Below, piece by piece: positions 36,318 through 48,200 of a stretch of DNA of 64,000 nt. The notes beneath the pieces are model-generated. The model was not told where the DNA came from and did not search any database. It was given only the letters and a program-made list of their open reading frames with translations. Numbering within the stretch: the first letter of the stretch is position 1; each line of letters opens with the position of its first letter. A program made the position numbers and the translations under genes. The stretch comes from an uncultured delta proteobacterium (GTDB lineage Bacteria > Myxococcota_A > Polyangia > Polyangiales > Polyangiaceae): positions 2,304,001 through 2,368,000 of the forward strand of contig CAWDXG010000004.1 in NCBI GenBank assembly GCA_963806225.1, written 5' to 3'.

Positions 36318-38195
36318 TCACCCGTGGTTCAACAAGACGGCCGTCTCGCGCAGCATATCGAGCTGGGTGACGATACCGACGAGCTTTTCGCCCGCGACCA
36401 CCAGCAGACACGCCGAGCGCGACTCGAGCAGCCGCGCGGCTGCCTCGTGCAGGGGCGCGTCCGGGTGGATCGTGTCGGGGTTCATATCCATCAGGTCGGC
36501 AACCGAAGCGGGCGGGCTCCCGCGCGCGGCCAGGTCCAGGAGCTCCCTGTGGGAAATCAAGCCCACCAGCCGCCCCGAGTCGTCTTCGACGGGCACGTGA
36601 CGCACGTGCTCCCACTGCATCATGCTGGTGGCCAGGTCGACGACGTCTTCGGGATGCACGGTGAACAGGTCGGTGGTCATGATGTCGGCGACGCTGCGCC
36701 CGCCGGCCGGCGGCGCGCTCGACGAGTGCTCGCGGTAGGGGGGCCAGAACGCCACCGGCTGGTCTTCGTGTTGGTGGTCCAGCAGGGCAGCGGTGACGGA
36801 CGTCAGCGCTGCCTCGCTGGTTGTCGGCGCGAGGGCATCGAGGATCCAGCGCGCACCGGTCATGCGGCGCGCCACGCGCGCTTCCACCACGCCCAGCCAG
36901 CGATCCACCTCGGACGGCTCGAGCTTCCAGCGCCTGAGCCCGCTTCTGGCCAGCGGCAGGAGCTCGTCGAGGATCAGCTCCCGGCAGCCCACGCGCCTGC
37001 CGTCGAGCCAGGTGAGCTCGGCGTCGAGACCGTGCCGCGCGGCTTCGATGAAGTTCTCGCGCGCGCGTTGGAAGGCGAGGCGATCCGGGACGGAAGCCGC
37101 CTCGCCTTCGAGGCCGGCCATCATCCCGTAGAAGAACGCCGCGTTGCCGACTTCGTCCGCGAGCGTGGGGCCGGCGGGCAGGACTCGATTCTCGATGCGC
37201 AGATGCGCTCGAGCCGGACCCGCGCCGTAGCACAGGCGGTTCCACGGCCAGACGGTGCCGTTGTGGAGCGTGAGCGCCCAGAGCTTGGGGATGAGGCCAC
37301 CCCGGGCCAGCTCGACGGGATCCGCTTCGGCGTCCCGTAACAGCAGTACACGATGCCGCGCCGTCGTCTCGCGGAAGGTCTCCAGGGCCGAACCGCGCGT
37401 CCAGCTTTCGCCGAAGGACACGCGCGCCTGCTGACCGCGCGAAGTCTGCACGACCGAGCGACCATCCACGGAACGTTCGAACAGCGCCACACGGGTCTCG
37501 TGCCACAGCCGGCGCCCGAGCAGGACCGGTGAGTTGACGGCTGCGCCGAGCAGGGGCGCCGTGACGAGCTGCGCCAGGTTGTGCAGATGGGGAAACTCGG
37601 CGGGCGAGACCTGCAGGTGGAGTTGAAGGCTCGCGTTGGCGCTTTCGAGCATCACGCTATCGGCCCGCGCCGTGAGCTCGTCCTGCCCGGCGATGACGAC
37701 GTGGAAGTCGCTTCCCCGGAAGCGACGAAGGCTCTGGTTGAGCGCGTAGTAGCGAGGCTCTGGAGTCATGTTCTCGAGCTCCAGGTCGTTTCTCCTGAGC
37801 GTGGGCAGGGTGCCCATCAGGGCCGCCCGCGCGCCGAAATCCGAGGCTCCCTGTTCCACCTTGTCGAGCACCTCGCGGAGCTGCCGCTCGAGCGTCGAGA
37901 GCAGCCCCGGGCCGACCTCGATCGGGTCCAGGTTCGCCTCGAGGTTGAAGCGAGCCAGCTCCGAGGTGAGCCGCCGGTCGCCGAGCTTCACCAGGAGCTC
38001 CGGAGCGATGGGCGCAGGTCGAAGCCGGGCATCGACCAGGAACATCTCCTGCTCGACACCGATGCGCCGCGGTTCGTGCTCGAACGCATCGCGCTCGAGA
38101 AGAATCTCGAAGGCCTTCAAGTCCTCGAGCAGCGCGTGCGTGAAGGCCCGCACAGCTGTTTCGCCCTCGGCAGCCCGGACCCCGTGCTCTCCCAC
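36318..38195 (-). CDS. Glutamate-cysteine ligase family 2 protein with C-terminal CBS pair
   Basis: RIGVEQEMFLVD, ELARFNLE, SLQLHLQV, LWHETR, HLRIENRVLPAGPT; CBS motifs VADIMT, VGIVTQLD. Confidence 0.85.
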   Translation of the reverse strand: MGEHGVRAAEGETAVRAFTHALLEDLKAFEILLERDAFEHEPRRIGVEQEMFLVDARLRPAPIAPELLVKLGDRRLTSELARFNLEANLDPIEVGPGLLSTLERQLREVLDKVEQGASDFGARAALMGTLPTLRRNDLELENMTPEPRYYALNQSLRRFRGSDFHVVIAGQDELTARADSVMLESANASLQLHLQVSPAEFPHLHNLAQLVTAPLLGAAVNSPVLLGRRLWHETRVALFERSVDGRSVVQTSRGQQARVSFGESWTRGSALETFRETTARHRVLLLRDAEADPVELARGGLIPKLWALTLHNGTVWPWNRLCYGAGPARAHLRIENRVLPAGPTLADEVGNAAFFYGMMAGLEGEAASVPDRLAFQRARENFIEAARHGLDAELTWLDGRRVGCRELILDELLPLARSGLRRWKLEPSEVDRWLGVVEARVARRMTGARWILDALAPTTSEAALTSVTAALLDHQHEDQPVAFWPPYREHSSSAPPAGGRSVADIMTTDLFTVHPEDVVDLATSMMQWEHVRHVPVEDDSGRLVGLISHRELLDLAARGSPPASVADLMDMNPDTIHPDAPLHEAAARLLESRSACLLVVAGEKLVGIVTQLDMLRETAVLLNHG

Positions 38196-38329
38196 CGAGT
38201 GAATATAAGTCCGGTCGCGGCTCTGTTCAGGGGGCGGGGTACCGCCGGAGGCCGCTCGCCCTCCCGGCGGGTCCCGACCGGTAGCGTGGCCGGGAAGCGA
38301 AGAGCGCCCCGCAGCGTTCACACCCTCGA

Positions 38330-39169
38330 ATGCGCGTCTGCCTGTGGCTCGGGGCCTTTTCGGTAGCGCTGGGATTGTTCGTTGCCGCGCGGCCGTCGAA
38401 CGCCCCGCCGCTGCGGGCGCCCGCGCGCATCGACGGGCTCTGGGTGTGGACGCGCGCGGATGCAGCATTGCTGGGGCGGTCGCGCGCGATGCAGCCCGGG
38501 ATCGTGCCGGGCGTGCTCGTTGCCAGCGTCGTGGCGCGGCCCGACGGCACGCTCGCTCTCCGGCGCGGGCTCTCGCCCGCAGCCGTGACGGGTGAGCTCG
38601 CGCTCGTCGTGCGCCTGGAGGATTCGCTTCACGCCCGCATGGTCGCACCCGACGCCGTCGCGCGCGATCTCGAGCCGCGGCTCGGCGAACTGATGGCGGA
38701 AGTCCGGGCCACAGGCGCGCGGGTGCACGAAGTGCAGCTCGACTACGACGCGCCGGTACGCCGGCTGGGCGAGTGGGCCGCGGTGGTGCGCAGGCTCCGG
38801 CGAGGCGTTCTCTCCGGCGTACCGGTCTGGGTGACCAGCATCCCGGCGCACCTCGCGGATCGGGAGTACGGAAACCTGTTCCGCGGCGTCGTCGACGGGC
38901 ACATCCTGCAGCTCTTCGACACCGGGCTCTTGTGCTCTCCGGCGCAGGCGTCGCGAATCGAGACGGAGCTCGAACGCGCTCGCATGCCGTTCCGGCTCGG
39001 GGTCGCGACCTACGAGCGCATGCGCCGAGGCCGAGTAACCACTGCGCACGCCTGCTGGCGTCGCGCCACGGCGGAGCTGGCGCACACGCCGGGGTTTGCC
39101 GGCACGTGGCTCTTCCCCGCTGGGCGTGACCCGCGCGCCGCGCAATCCGACCTGGAGGCGGCGCGATGA
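38330..39169 (+). CDS. DUF3142-like exported protein (TIM-barrel/GH18-like)
   Basis: Signal peptide; EVQLDYDAPVRRLGEW, VWVTSIP, ILQLF. Confidence 0.65.
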   Translation: MRVCLWLGAFSVALGLFVAARPSNAPPLRAPARIDGLWVWTRADAALLGRSRAMQPGIVPGVLVASVVARPDGTLALRRGLSPAAVTGELALVVRLEDSLHARMVAPDAVARDLEPRLGELMAEVRATGARVHEVQLDYDAPVRRLGEWAAVVRRLRRGVLSGVPVWVTSIPAHLADREYGNLFRGVVDGHILQLFDTGLLCSPAQASRIETELERARMPFRLGVATYERMRRGRVTTAHACWRRATAELAHTPGFAGTWLFPAGRDPRAAQSDLEAAR

Positions 39170-41034
39170 GGCTGCGCGGGTTCCTGGCGACCCTACTCGC
39201 AGCCTGCGTCGGACTGGTCGCGCTGTGCAACGCGCCGCCGCCTGCCGAGGCCTGCGGCGGACCGAGCTACGCGGATCTGGGCGCGCTCGAGCCGGTGGGC
39301 AGCATCGTCGAACGCCTGGCAGTCAAGAGCGACGACTGGGACTACACCCAGCGCACGGAGTTCCGCTTCCTGTATCCGTTCTGGCACCACAACAGCTCCC
39401 GCTTCGGCCCGCTGTGGCGCTTCTCCTATCCCGACGCGATGGGGACTGCCAAGGCTGCGACGACGAACCCACTCGGCGCGGCGTTGAAGGCGGGCGACAC
39501 CAAGGCCGTCGTACGCGCGGCGCAGCGCGAGATTGCAGCCTGGCTCGCCGAACCGCCGGTCACCGGCGCGCCCCACATGAAGGAAGCCTGGCGCGCCGCC
39601 GAGCTCGAACTGGTCATGCCGCATCTATCCGGGCTTCCGGCCGCCGCAGTGCGCGACTTCCTCGCCGGCAAGTCGCCGCCGGCCGTGCCTGCGCCGGCGC
39701 TCGCGGCACAGATCCGCGCGCGCCGGGCACAGCGCGACTTCCTGGCCCTGCGCGCCATGCAACGCACCGAAATCCCGAACGGCTGGGGCGACGCCATCCG
39801 CAGGCAGGTCAGCGCTGCCACGTGGAAGAAGCTCGAACAAGCTGTCGACGACTGGCTGTCGCGCTACCCCCAGCATCCGCTGCGCGACTACGTGCGGCTC
39901 GACAAGGAACGCATCCGCTACCTGTCCGGAGACGGTGCCGGCGCGTGGGGCGTGGTGTTCGACGTGTACCCGCGCCTCCGCGTGCGCGCGCTGGCAGAGA
40001 TGCGCTACCTTTTGCAACGCGGCGTCGCGCCGCCAGCGGCACGCCTCGATGCGCTCAAGGATCCCGCGCTGGTCGCCGCCTTCGCCGGCGAGACCACGAT
40101 CACGCCAGCGCGCTTCAAGCGCTGGTGGAAGCTCGCCGAAGCGCATCGGCAGAGCCAGGCATCGCTCGACCTCGAGGAGAGGCTCTTGTTGTGGGCCGCG
40201 CGCACGGCGCGGCCCGGCCATCTGCCGGCGGGCTTCCCGCGCACGGTCCGGCGTTCTGCGCCGCTCTGGGGCAAGCTGCGCGCTGCGGCGCTCATCGCCG
40301 CGGCGAAGTGGCCCGCGGCGCGCGTCCAGCTCTCGAGGCTGCCGCGCGACCCCGAGCGCGCGCTGCTCGCCGCGCACTATTTCGTTGCGCGCTCGCGGCC
40401 GGATCTCGCCGCGGCCGTTCCCAGGCTCGGCGGCGACGTGCGGCAATATCTGCTGCGCGTTCTGGTCGACTCGAAGGGCCTCTCCCGCCTCGCCAGAGGC
40501 TCGAAGCCACTGGCACGCGCCGCGCGCTTCGAGGCGGCCGTGCGTCTCGCGAGCGGGGGCAGCTGGCAGAGCGCCGCGGCCCGGCTACGGCATGACCACC
40601 CCGCCCAGGCGCAGCTCTGGCGCGAAGCCGGCGCTCTGGCTCGGTCGCACGACCCCGACGAAAAGCTCCGCCTGGCGCGCTTCTTCGTAGAGCATCGCGA
40701 AGCGCTGTTCTACGGGCAGGACCGAGCCCTGTACCGGGCGATCAGCGGCCGCTATGACCCGAAGCGGCGCCCCGCCGAGTCCCGCTCGATCGAGGTCGCC
40801 CTCTCGCGCTCCACGCCGCGCTGGCTCGCGCTCGAGCAGTACACCAGCTGGCTCGAGCAGAACCCGGGCAGCCCCATCGCACGCTCCGTGCTCACCGAAG
40901 CCGACGATGTCTACAACCGCCTGACCAACTGGGCCGGCGGGAACTATCTGTTCTGGGGCACGTACGCGCCGCACAACGCGCTGGTCGGGCGGCTCAGGAA
41001 GATCGGGCGCACCGTGCGGGCGACCGCACCGTGA
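39166..41034 (+). CDS. Hypothetical exported helical (TPR-like) protein, partner of the DUF3142 gene
   Basis: Signal peptide ending AEACGG; ATGA overlap with the upstream gene. Confidence 0.65.
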   Translation: MRLRGFLATLLAACVGLVALCNAPPPAEACGGPSYADLGALEPVGSIVERLAVKSDDWDYTQRTEFRFLYPFWHHNSSRFGPLWRFSYPDAMGTAKAATTNPLGAALKAGDTKAVVRAAQREIAAWLAEPPVTGAPHMKEAWRAAELELVMPHLSGLPAAAVRDFLAGKSPPAVPAPALAAQIRARRAQRDFLALRAMQRTEIPNGWGDAIRRQVSAATWKKLEQAVDDWLSRYPQHPLRDYVRLDKERIRYLSGDGAGAWGVVFDVYPRLRVRALAEMRYLLQRGVAPPAARLDALKDPALVAAFAGETTITPARFKRWWKLAEAHRQSQASLDLEERLLLWAARTARPGHLPAGFPRTVRRSAPLWGKLRAAALIAAAKWPAARVQLSRLPRDPERALLAAHYFVARSRPDLAAAVPRLGGDVRQYLLRVLVDSKGLSRLARGSKPLARAARFEAAVRLASGGSWQSAAARLRHDHPAQAQLWREAGALARSHDPDEKLRLARFFVEHREALFYGQDRALYRAISGRYDPKRRPAESRSIEVALSRSTPRWLALEQYTSWLEQNPGSPIARSVLTEADDVYNRLTNWAGGNYLFWGTYAPHNALVGRLRKIGRTVRATAP

Positions 41035-41062
41035 CGGGGCTCGCGCGAGACAGTCGCGCGTC

Positions 41063-42140
41063 TCAGAAGCGGTAGCCGAGCCCCAGGCCCAGGCGGAAGT
41101 TCCAGGAGCTCTGGACCGTCACGTTGTAGCTGCGCGGCTTGGCGAACAGCTTCGTGGTGTCCACGCGGTCCTTCCAGTTGGCGGCCTGGGAGAGGTTTTT
41201 CGCCGCGCGCAGGTCGATGGGGATCTCCACGTGGTCGCCGACCTCGATAGCCGCGCCGAGCGCCAGGGTGAGCATCGTCGAGTACTTGCTCGTTTCGTGG
41301 ATCGAGTTCTCGATCTCGGACTTCAGCGCCTTGCTGGGGCTGCCGTCGGTGATCTCGACCTTGCCGTCCACCGAGCTGCCTGAAATGAACTCCGGCCCGA
41401 ATCCCGAGCCAGAGCCGGGCGGAGCTCACCGGCGCGATGGCCTTGGCCAGGAGACCCCAGCGCACGCCGCTTGCCGTGACGCTCTCGTTCACGTTGAACG
41501 GTACGTTGTTGACCTTGTAGGTGAGGCTGCGGTGCAGCTCGGAGTGGTCGTAGCCGAAGTCCAGCTCCAGGCCGAGGTACTGTTCGATGCGCGCCTCGTA
41601 GTACAGCGCTCCGCCCCAGCCGAAACCGCCGGCACTGCCCGCGAAGCCGAGGGCGTCGTAACCCGGGTCGATGTGGTCCGGCTTGGTCCACAGGTTGCCG
41701 CCCGCGCGCATCATCAAGCCGAGCGAGGACTCGAACGCTCTGGGCTTGTGCTGTGGCGTCGGTGGTTGCTGCTGCCACTGCCCGGGTTGCTGCTGCCACT
41801 GCCCGGGTTGCTGCTGCCACTGCCCGGGTTGCTGCTGCCACTGCCCGGGTTGCTGCTGCCACTGCCCGGGCTGCTGCTGCCACTGCCCGGGCTGCTGCTG
41901 CCACTGCCCGGGCTGCTGCTGCCACTGCCCGGGCTGCTGCTGCCACTGCCCGGGCTGCTGCTGCCACTGCCCGGGCTGCTGCTGCCACTGTGGGCAGGGC
42001 TGGTTCGGTGGGGGCTGCGGTTGCCCCGGGCCACACGGCGACGTTGGCGGGGCGGGCTGAGCGGGCGGCGTCTGCGCGAGGCTCGACGCCGCACCCAGCA
42101 TCACGGCGAGCAGCGCGCAGGAGGAGATGGAAAGGCGCAC
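41063..42140 (-). CDS. Outer-membrane beta-barrel protein with N-terminal QWQQQPG repeats; one frameshift near 41404
   Basis: RBS GAGGA, signal peptide, amphipathic strands, C-terminal LGLGYRF; removing one G restores LWLGFGPEFISG. Confidence 0.7.
41763..41990. repeat. 21-bp tandem repeat x11 encoding QWQQQPG
   Basis: (T/C)TGCTGCTGCCACTGCCCGGG units: five of one variant, then six of the other. Confidence 0.95.
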
Positions 42141-42257
42141 AAGTATTCCTCGCAGAAGGCGAACGCAGGAACGATATTCGGGCTCGATGGCGCCGGCAAG
42201 CTCACTGGTGTCGTCCACGGCAATGCCCCGGGGCAGGCGTGGCGGGCAACCTGGTCG

Positions 42258-45200
42258 CTACTTCACGATCACGCGGTCACCCGCGCCGCGGCCGAACGTC
42301 TCGGGGTCGTACATCTCCTCGGCCTTGGGCGGCGGCACCACGAACGTGCCGGGCGTCGTGGCACGCGCGACCCAGGAATAGCTGTACACGCCGCCGTAGA
42401 GCAGCGACGCGAACGCCTCGACGCGTTCGTCGCGCATGTTCTGGTGCTCGTACCACGCGCTCCTCCACCACCACGGCACGCCGCTCTTCACCTCCTTGGG
42501 ATCGCGCGGAATGGTGCCGGTCATGGCCAGCGACGGATTCAGCGCCTCGAACCCAGCGGGGATCGGGTCGACGAGCGCAACGTGGTACCGGCGCGCCGGC
42601 GCCACCATCTCGAGGCGTACCCGCACCAGCGCGCCGAGCTTGACGTGCCAGACGCCGTCCTTGTCGCGGGTCACGTCGCCCGGCGAGTCCGCGCCTTCGT
42701 AGGTGCGGTTGACGGAGAACCCGGCTTCGTACGGCGGTGGGCGGAGGTTCTTCGGCACGTATTGCATGCCGACGCGGTAGTAGAGGCGGCCGGCGCCCTG
42801 CTTGGCGATGGTCACATTCTGCGTGCCGCGCATCTTCGCGAGCGTGGACAGCGGGATCTCCACCTGCTTGCGATCGACGCTGCGCCCCTTGAAGGGGTGC
42901 TCCGCGGCCAGCCGATCCCCGAGCCACGCGCGCGCCACGAAATCCGGCGTGACCTTCTCGTACTGGTGGAAGTAGCGGTCGAGCCCCAGCAGCACGAACA
43001 CGTTCTCCTGCGTGTTCAGCCAGTGGCCACGCTTGCGGTGGGCGAGCAGGCCCGAGGCGATCTTCGGGATCACGTCGCTGTCCGGGCGATCGTCGATCAT
43101 CGCCTCGAGCAGGATGCCGTCGGTCTTGCGGCTGGAGTCGAGCGTGACGTGGGCCTCGTCGCTGACCGACGTGACGAATTGCGCCTTGCCCGCGGTCTCC
43201 GCGATGCGATTGTCGAGGTAGCGACGGATCGCGTCCCGTTCGCGGGTCGCCTGCGGATCCTTGCTGAGCGTGGGCAGGAGGAAGCCGAGCGCGTCCATCG
43301 ACAGGCCCTTGGGGCTGCCCGCCTCGTGGTACAGCTCGCGTGCCTCGCGCTCCACCTTGTCGCCGGCACGACCGCGCACGAACAGCGAGTACGCGCGCAC
43401 GGTGCGGCGGGCGCTCTCCGGGTACCAGGGCGGGAAGTGGTGCCGGATGTCGCGCAGGTAGCGCAGGCCGCCGCTGAGCAACCGTCCGCGGCACCTTGAA
43501 GCCCTTCTCCTTGGCGCGCACCAGCGCGTGGGTGACGTGCACGCTGACGAACGGATCGGGCGTGCGATCGCGACGCCACCAGTCCCAGCCGCCGCTCCAG
43601 TTCTGGCGCTGGGCGAGCTTCTTCTCGTCCTCTGCGATGCTCGCGACAGTACGCGCTTGGGGGGCAGCCCCGGCGCCGCGAACGCGCCGAGCACGTCCTT
43701 GAGCGCGGCAATGGCGAGCATGCGCGAGGCGATCTGCTCGTTGCAGTCGAACGGATAGTGCACCAGGTACAGGACCGCGTCGCTCAAGCCCAGCTAGCGC
43801 AGTGGACGAAGTGGTGATCGACAGATCGCCGACCTCGGTGTACACGCCGCGCGGCATCTTCACTGGCTGGGCGACGGCGCCCTGGTCGATCTGGCCGTAC
43901 GTCGCGAACGCCTCGGTGGTGGCCGGCGTCCAGACGGGCAGCTCGATCTCGCTGGCGTCGTTGCCGGCGCGCGACACGGCGCCGATCTGGAAGCGCGCCG
44001 TGCCGGGCTCGCCGGCCGCGGTGGGAAAGCGCACCTCCACGCGATCGTTGGCCGGCACCTGCACGCGCAGCGCGCGCGGGCCCGTGACCTCGCGTTGTCC
44101 GCGCGGACGGCGACCTCGGCGGTCAAGCGCGTGCGCGGTCTGGTTCTGGAGCACCACGGGCAGCTCGAAGCGGTCGCCGAAGTTGAGGAAGCGCGGCGCC
44201 GAAGGCCGCACCATCAGCGGCAGGCGCGCCGTCACATCGCTCTCGGCCTTGCCGAAGCGCTTGTCACCGGCGCTGGCGACCGCGACCAGACGGTAGCGCG
44301 TCAGGTTGTCCGGCAACTTCACGACGGTGCTCGCGCGGCCGTGCGCGTCGGTGGTCAAACGCGGGACGAACGCCGCCAGCGCGTTGAAGTTCGTGCGCAT
44401 CGTCAGCGGCGTCGTATCCGCGCCCTTCTTCTTCGCGTTCTTCGCCGCGTCGGGTCGGGGGGCGGCGGCTCGGCCGGCGCAGCGCTACGCCGAGGGCTTC
44501 GGCATCGGCTTCATCTCGGGGGCGGCAGACCGGCGCGCAAGGTGCCCCTCGCCCCTGCCGTAGCCGACGCCGACACCATCCGCGAAGATCGCGCTTCGTG
44601 CGCTTCCTGGTTCCTCGCCCGGAGCTGGAAGCGTGCGGTGTCCGGGCGCATCAGCGCGATGCGGAGGCGCGTCTCGAAGTCCTGCACGCCACCGCCGCGC
44701 GACGGGTAGAACACGGCCAGCGGATCGGGATAGTCGTAGCCCGCGAGCGCGAGCACCGACTCGTCCACGGCCACCAGCGCGACTGCCGCGCCGCGCACCG
44801 GATGTCCGGACGCGTCGCGCACCACGAACGCCGATGCGCGTCGAGCCGCCGGGCGAGAGCGCCTTCTTCTGCGGCGTGACCTGGATGTCGAGCGAGCGGT
44901 CCGTCGGTGGAACACGGCAGCGTCGTCTGTCCGGAGGCGGCCGCGGGGCGCTTCGGTAGGGACGGATCCGGCTCGCCATTCTCCGCCGTTGCGCACGCGC
45001 TCGCCGAGCAGGTCGACGCGCGCCACCACGTCGGGGATCCACGCCGGATCGAGCTTGACCTTCAAGCGTGTCGGTCTTCTTGTCCAGATGGAAGCGCTGG
45101 AGCTCGACCAGTCCGCCGCGCCGCAACGTGAGCACGCCCTCGGCCGGCGCGAACGGCGCCGCCACCAGGAGCTCGGCCGTGTCGCCGCCGGCGTATTGCT

Positions 45201-48200
45201 TCTTGTCGGGCACGAGCTCGACGCGGTCGCGTTCTACGTTGGGGTTTTCCGGCGGATCCGCGCCCAGCACCCACAGCTCGATCTGGGTCTGGCTCGGGCG
45301 TCCGTGCTCGTCCTTGACGATGGCGGTGACCCGGTGGAGCCCGCCAGCCGTGGGTCGGCAGGCTGCAGCGCACGGCTCGCTCGGCGCTGGTGACGTCGCA
45401 GTGCTCCGTGTCGCTTCTCGCGCTGGATGGCTTTGCGTGCCGCGATAGGTCGATTTCTACGCGCGACATCGTGATCGCGACCGGGCGGTCCGGTTGACGA
45501 ACTTGCCGTCGAGGTCCGTCACGATCACGTCGAGCTGCGCGTTCTGGCCCGAGCGCAGGAGCAACTGGCTCTCCGGGCGCAGCCCGACCGTCACGCCGGC
45601 GGGATGGACAAGCAGGCTGGTGCGCGCCGCCCAGGTCTGGCGGTTCACGTCCGTCACGTTGGCGGCGAGATCGATCTCGCGTGGGTACGCCGGGTCGAGC
45701 GCGTCGAAGTCGATGCGCAGCCGGTGGCGTGCCGTTCGGCGTCGGTCTTCGACTTCCAGCTCGCGGTGGCGCGCCGCGCCTCCTCGTCGCTGCCGCCCCA
45801 CCACCGCCAGCGGCGCGGCTTGCCGAAGTGGTACGCCCTCGTGGTTCGGCGGCGTGAACGACGGCGTCCTGGGCGGTGACGTGCCAGGTGGTTTCCGCGC
45901 CGGCCGAGACCCCCACCCGCGAAGTACGTGGCCGAGACCGTGGCCAGGGCGTGCCTGCCGACGAAGTGCGGGCCCTGGCTGACCTGGGCGCCGACCTCGA
46001 ATTCCGGGCGCCGGAACTCTTGGATGCAGGAAGCGTGCGAGCCGCGGCTGCCGTCGGGGCCGACGAGCTAGATGTGCCGCTGCCGAGGTTCGCGTTTCCG
46101 GTAGCTTGAACGACAGCGTTGAACGCGTCGCTGTCGTCGAGCGAGGCGCTGCCCTTGGCGATCTCGGCGCCGCGCGGATCGCGCACCGAGTAGTGGACCG
46201 GGCCGTGCGCGCGGATCCGCGCGACATCGCCTTCGGGACCGCCGGTGATCGCGGCGCAGCCAGCCCTTGACGTGGACGGACTCGCCCGGCTTGTACAGGT
46301 GGCGGTCATCGAACACGAACCAGCGCGTGTGACTCGCCGTGCGTGCGCGCTTCGAACGTGCCGGCGCCATGCATGCCCAGCACGCACACGCGATCGCCGT
46401 TGCGCGTGGCGACCAGCGAGTCGCCGCTGCGATCCGAGCGGCAGGCGCGCGATGCCGTCCTGCCCCGTCGTGCGCTGCCGCGCCGCCGGGCATCGACACG
46501 CGTCGCGCCAGCGACGGCCTTGCCCGTCTGCAGATCCGTCACCCAGGCATCGACGCTGCCGGCGTCCTTGAACGCCGTCAGTCCGAGCTTCGTCACCTGC
46601 ACCCAGGCCCGCACCCACTGGCGCTCGCGGTAGCTCCAGCGATTCTTCGGCCTGGGCTGGTGCGGCGGCTCGACGACGGCGATCACCTGGCCGGCGCCTT
46701 GCTTCAGCGCCGGTCCGAGAGCGATGCGCGTCTGCGCAAGCGCGTCGCGCTCGCCCTTCGGGTGGACGATAGCGCGTCGCGACCAGACGGCCCGGCGGCG
46801 AGGTGACGCGCCCGTCGTAGTCCCACGCCCGCCGGAACTTGACGTAGGCGTCCCAGTCCTTCGGTTCCACGGCGTACAGCCGCACCTTCAGCGTCTTCCG
46901 GTTGACGCTGTACACGTCGAGCTTGGCGTCCGCCGCCGGGATCGAGCACGAGCATGTCGCTCTGCTCGGGAAACAGCGTCGGCTCCGCTTCGCCGACGTC
47001 GATCTTGCCATTGGCGGGCTGTTCCAGCGCCTGGCCGAAAGCGTCGTGGATCTCCGGCGAGAGCGAGATCACGTAGTGCGTGCGTCCCTTGCTCTGCCCG
47101 CGCACGTTCAGGTACCGGCCGCTCACGTCGACGTGCAGGCCTCTGAGCGGCGGCTCCACCGTGACCATCTTCGTGTCGAAGCTGTCGGCGTCGATCTGGT
47201 TCGACAGACGGATCGACCAGGCGGCCAGCGGCGGACAGCTGCCGGACCAGCCGCAGTTCGTGGTCTCGAGCCGGAGCGGTCCGTGGACGCGGAACGTCTC
47301 CCGCTGGGCGTGCTCCGTCAGAAGCGGGCCTTCAGCGCTCGGCGCGCCTTTGTCGAGCACCAGCGCCACCGTCGAGCCCTTCGGCAGATCCTCGGTGGGC
47401 TTGATGGCGATCCAGCGGTGCGGCTGTGCCTGGGTGGACAGCGGCCGCACGTTGTCGTCCTTGGCGATCTCCTCCTCGCTCGCCGCCCGGAACGGATGGC
47501 TGTCGCTGCCGGTGCGGAGCTCGAGGTGCGACAAGAGCGCGCTTTCGTCGATGCGTTGGTTGAACTCGGCGAAGACGACCGGCGCGGAGCTCCACCGGCA
47601 GGCCATACCTTTCCGGATACGCATCCTTGATCGCGAGCGTGGGCGTGGTGAACGACCATGTTGCGGCCCCGGACAGCGTGTGCCCGGACGCGGCGCGCGT
47701 ACCGGCCGGCACTGTCACGCTGTAGCGCGTGGCTGCAGGGAAGCGCTCGCCCTTCGGTTCGAAGAACAGCGTCCGCGTGCCGACCCAGCGCCACTTGCCC
47801 GGAGGTTCCGGCGACAGTCGCACCGGCGCGTCGCTCTTCGCGAGCTCGCCGTGGCTGGTCACGGCGACCATCGGCTCGGAGAAGGTGATCGACAGGTTCG
47901 GCGCCACGGGCACGTCGCCCTCGGGCGCGTGGCGGACAACCGAAAGCGCGCGCCTGCTGGTCGCCGCCGGCGGCGGACCGGCGCTGACCGCCGGAGGGAA
48001 GGAGGTCTTCAGCGTCTCGCCAGGTCGCGGTGGAGGGGATCGACTTGGCGCGCAGCGCAACGGTCTTTCTCTGGGCAGACTTCTTGAACGGCGGCAGGCG
48101 CGCGATCACGCGCGCCGCGTCCTTGGCGCCGAGCGGCGTCGCGCGAACCAGCCGCGCGCTGGATGCAGGTTCGGGATCGGCGTTGCTCAGCCGGAAGCCG

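Noticed and set aside
41763..41990. 21-bp repeats as CRISPR, or the opposite-strand CCCHCPG ORF as a metallothionein
   Set aside because: No spacers; the minus-strand frame has an RBS, signal peptide and barrel, so the Cys-rich reading is a shadow ORF
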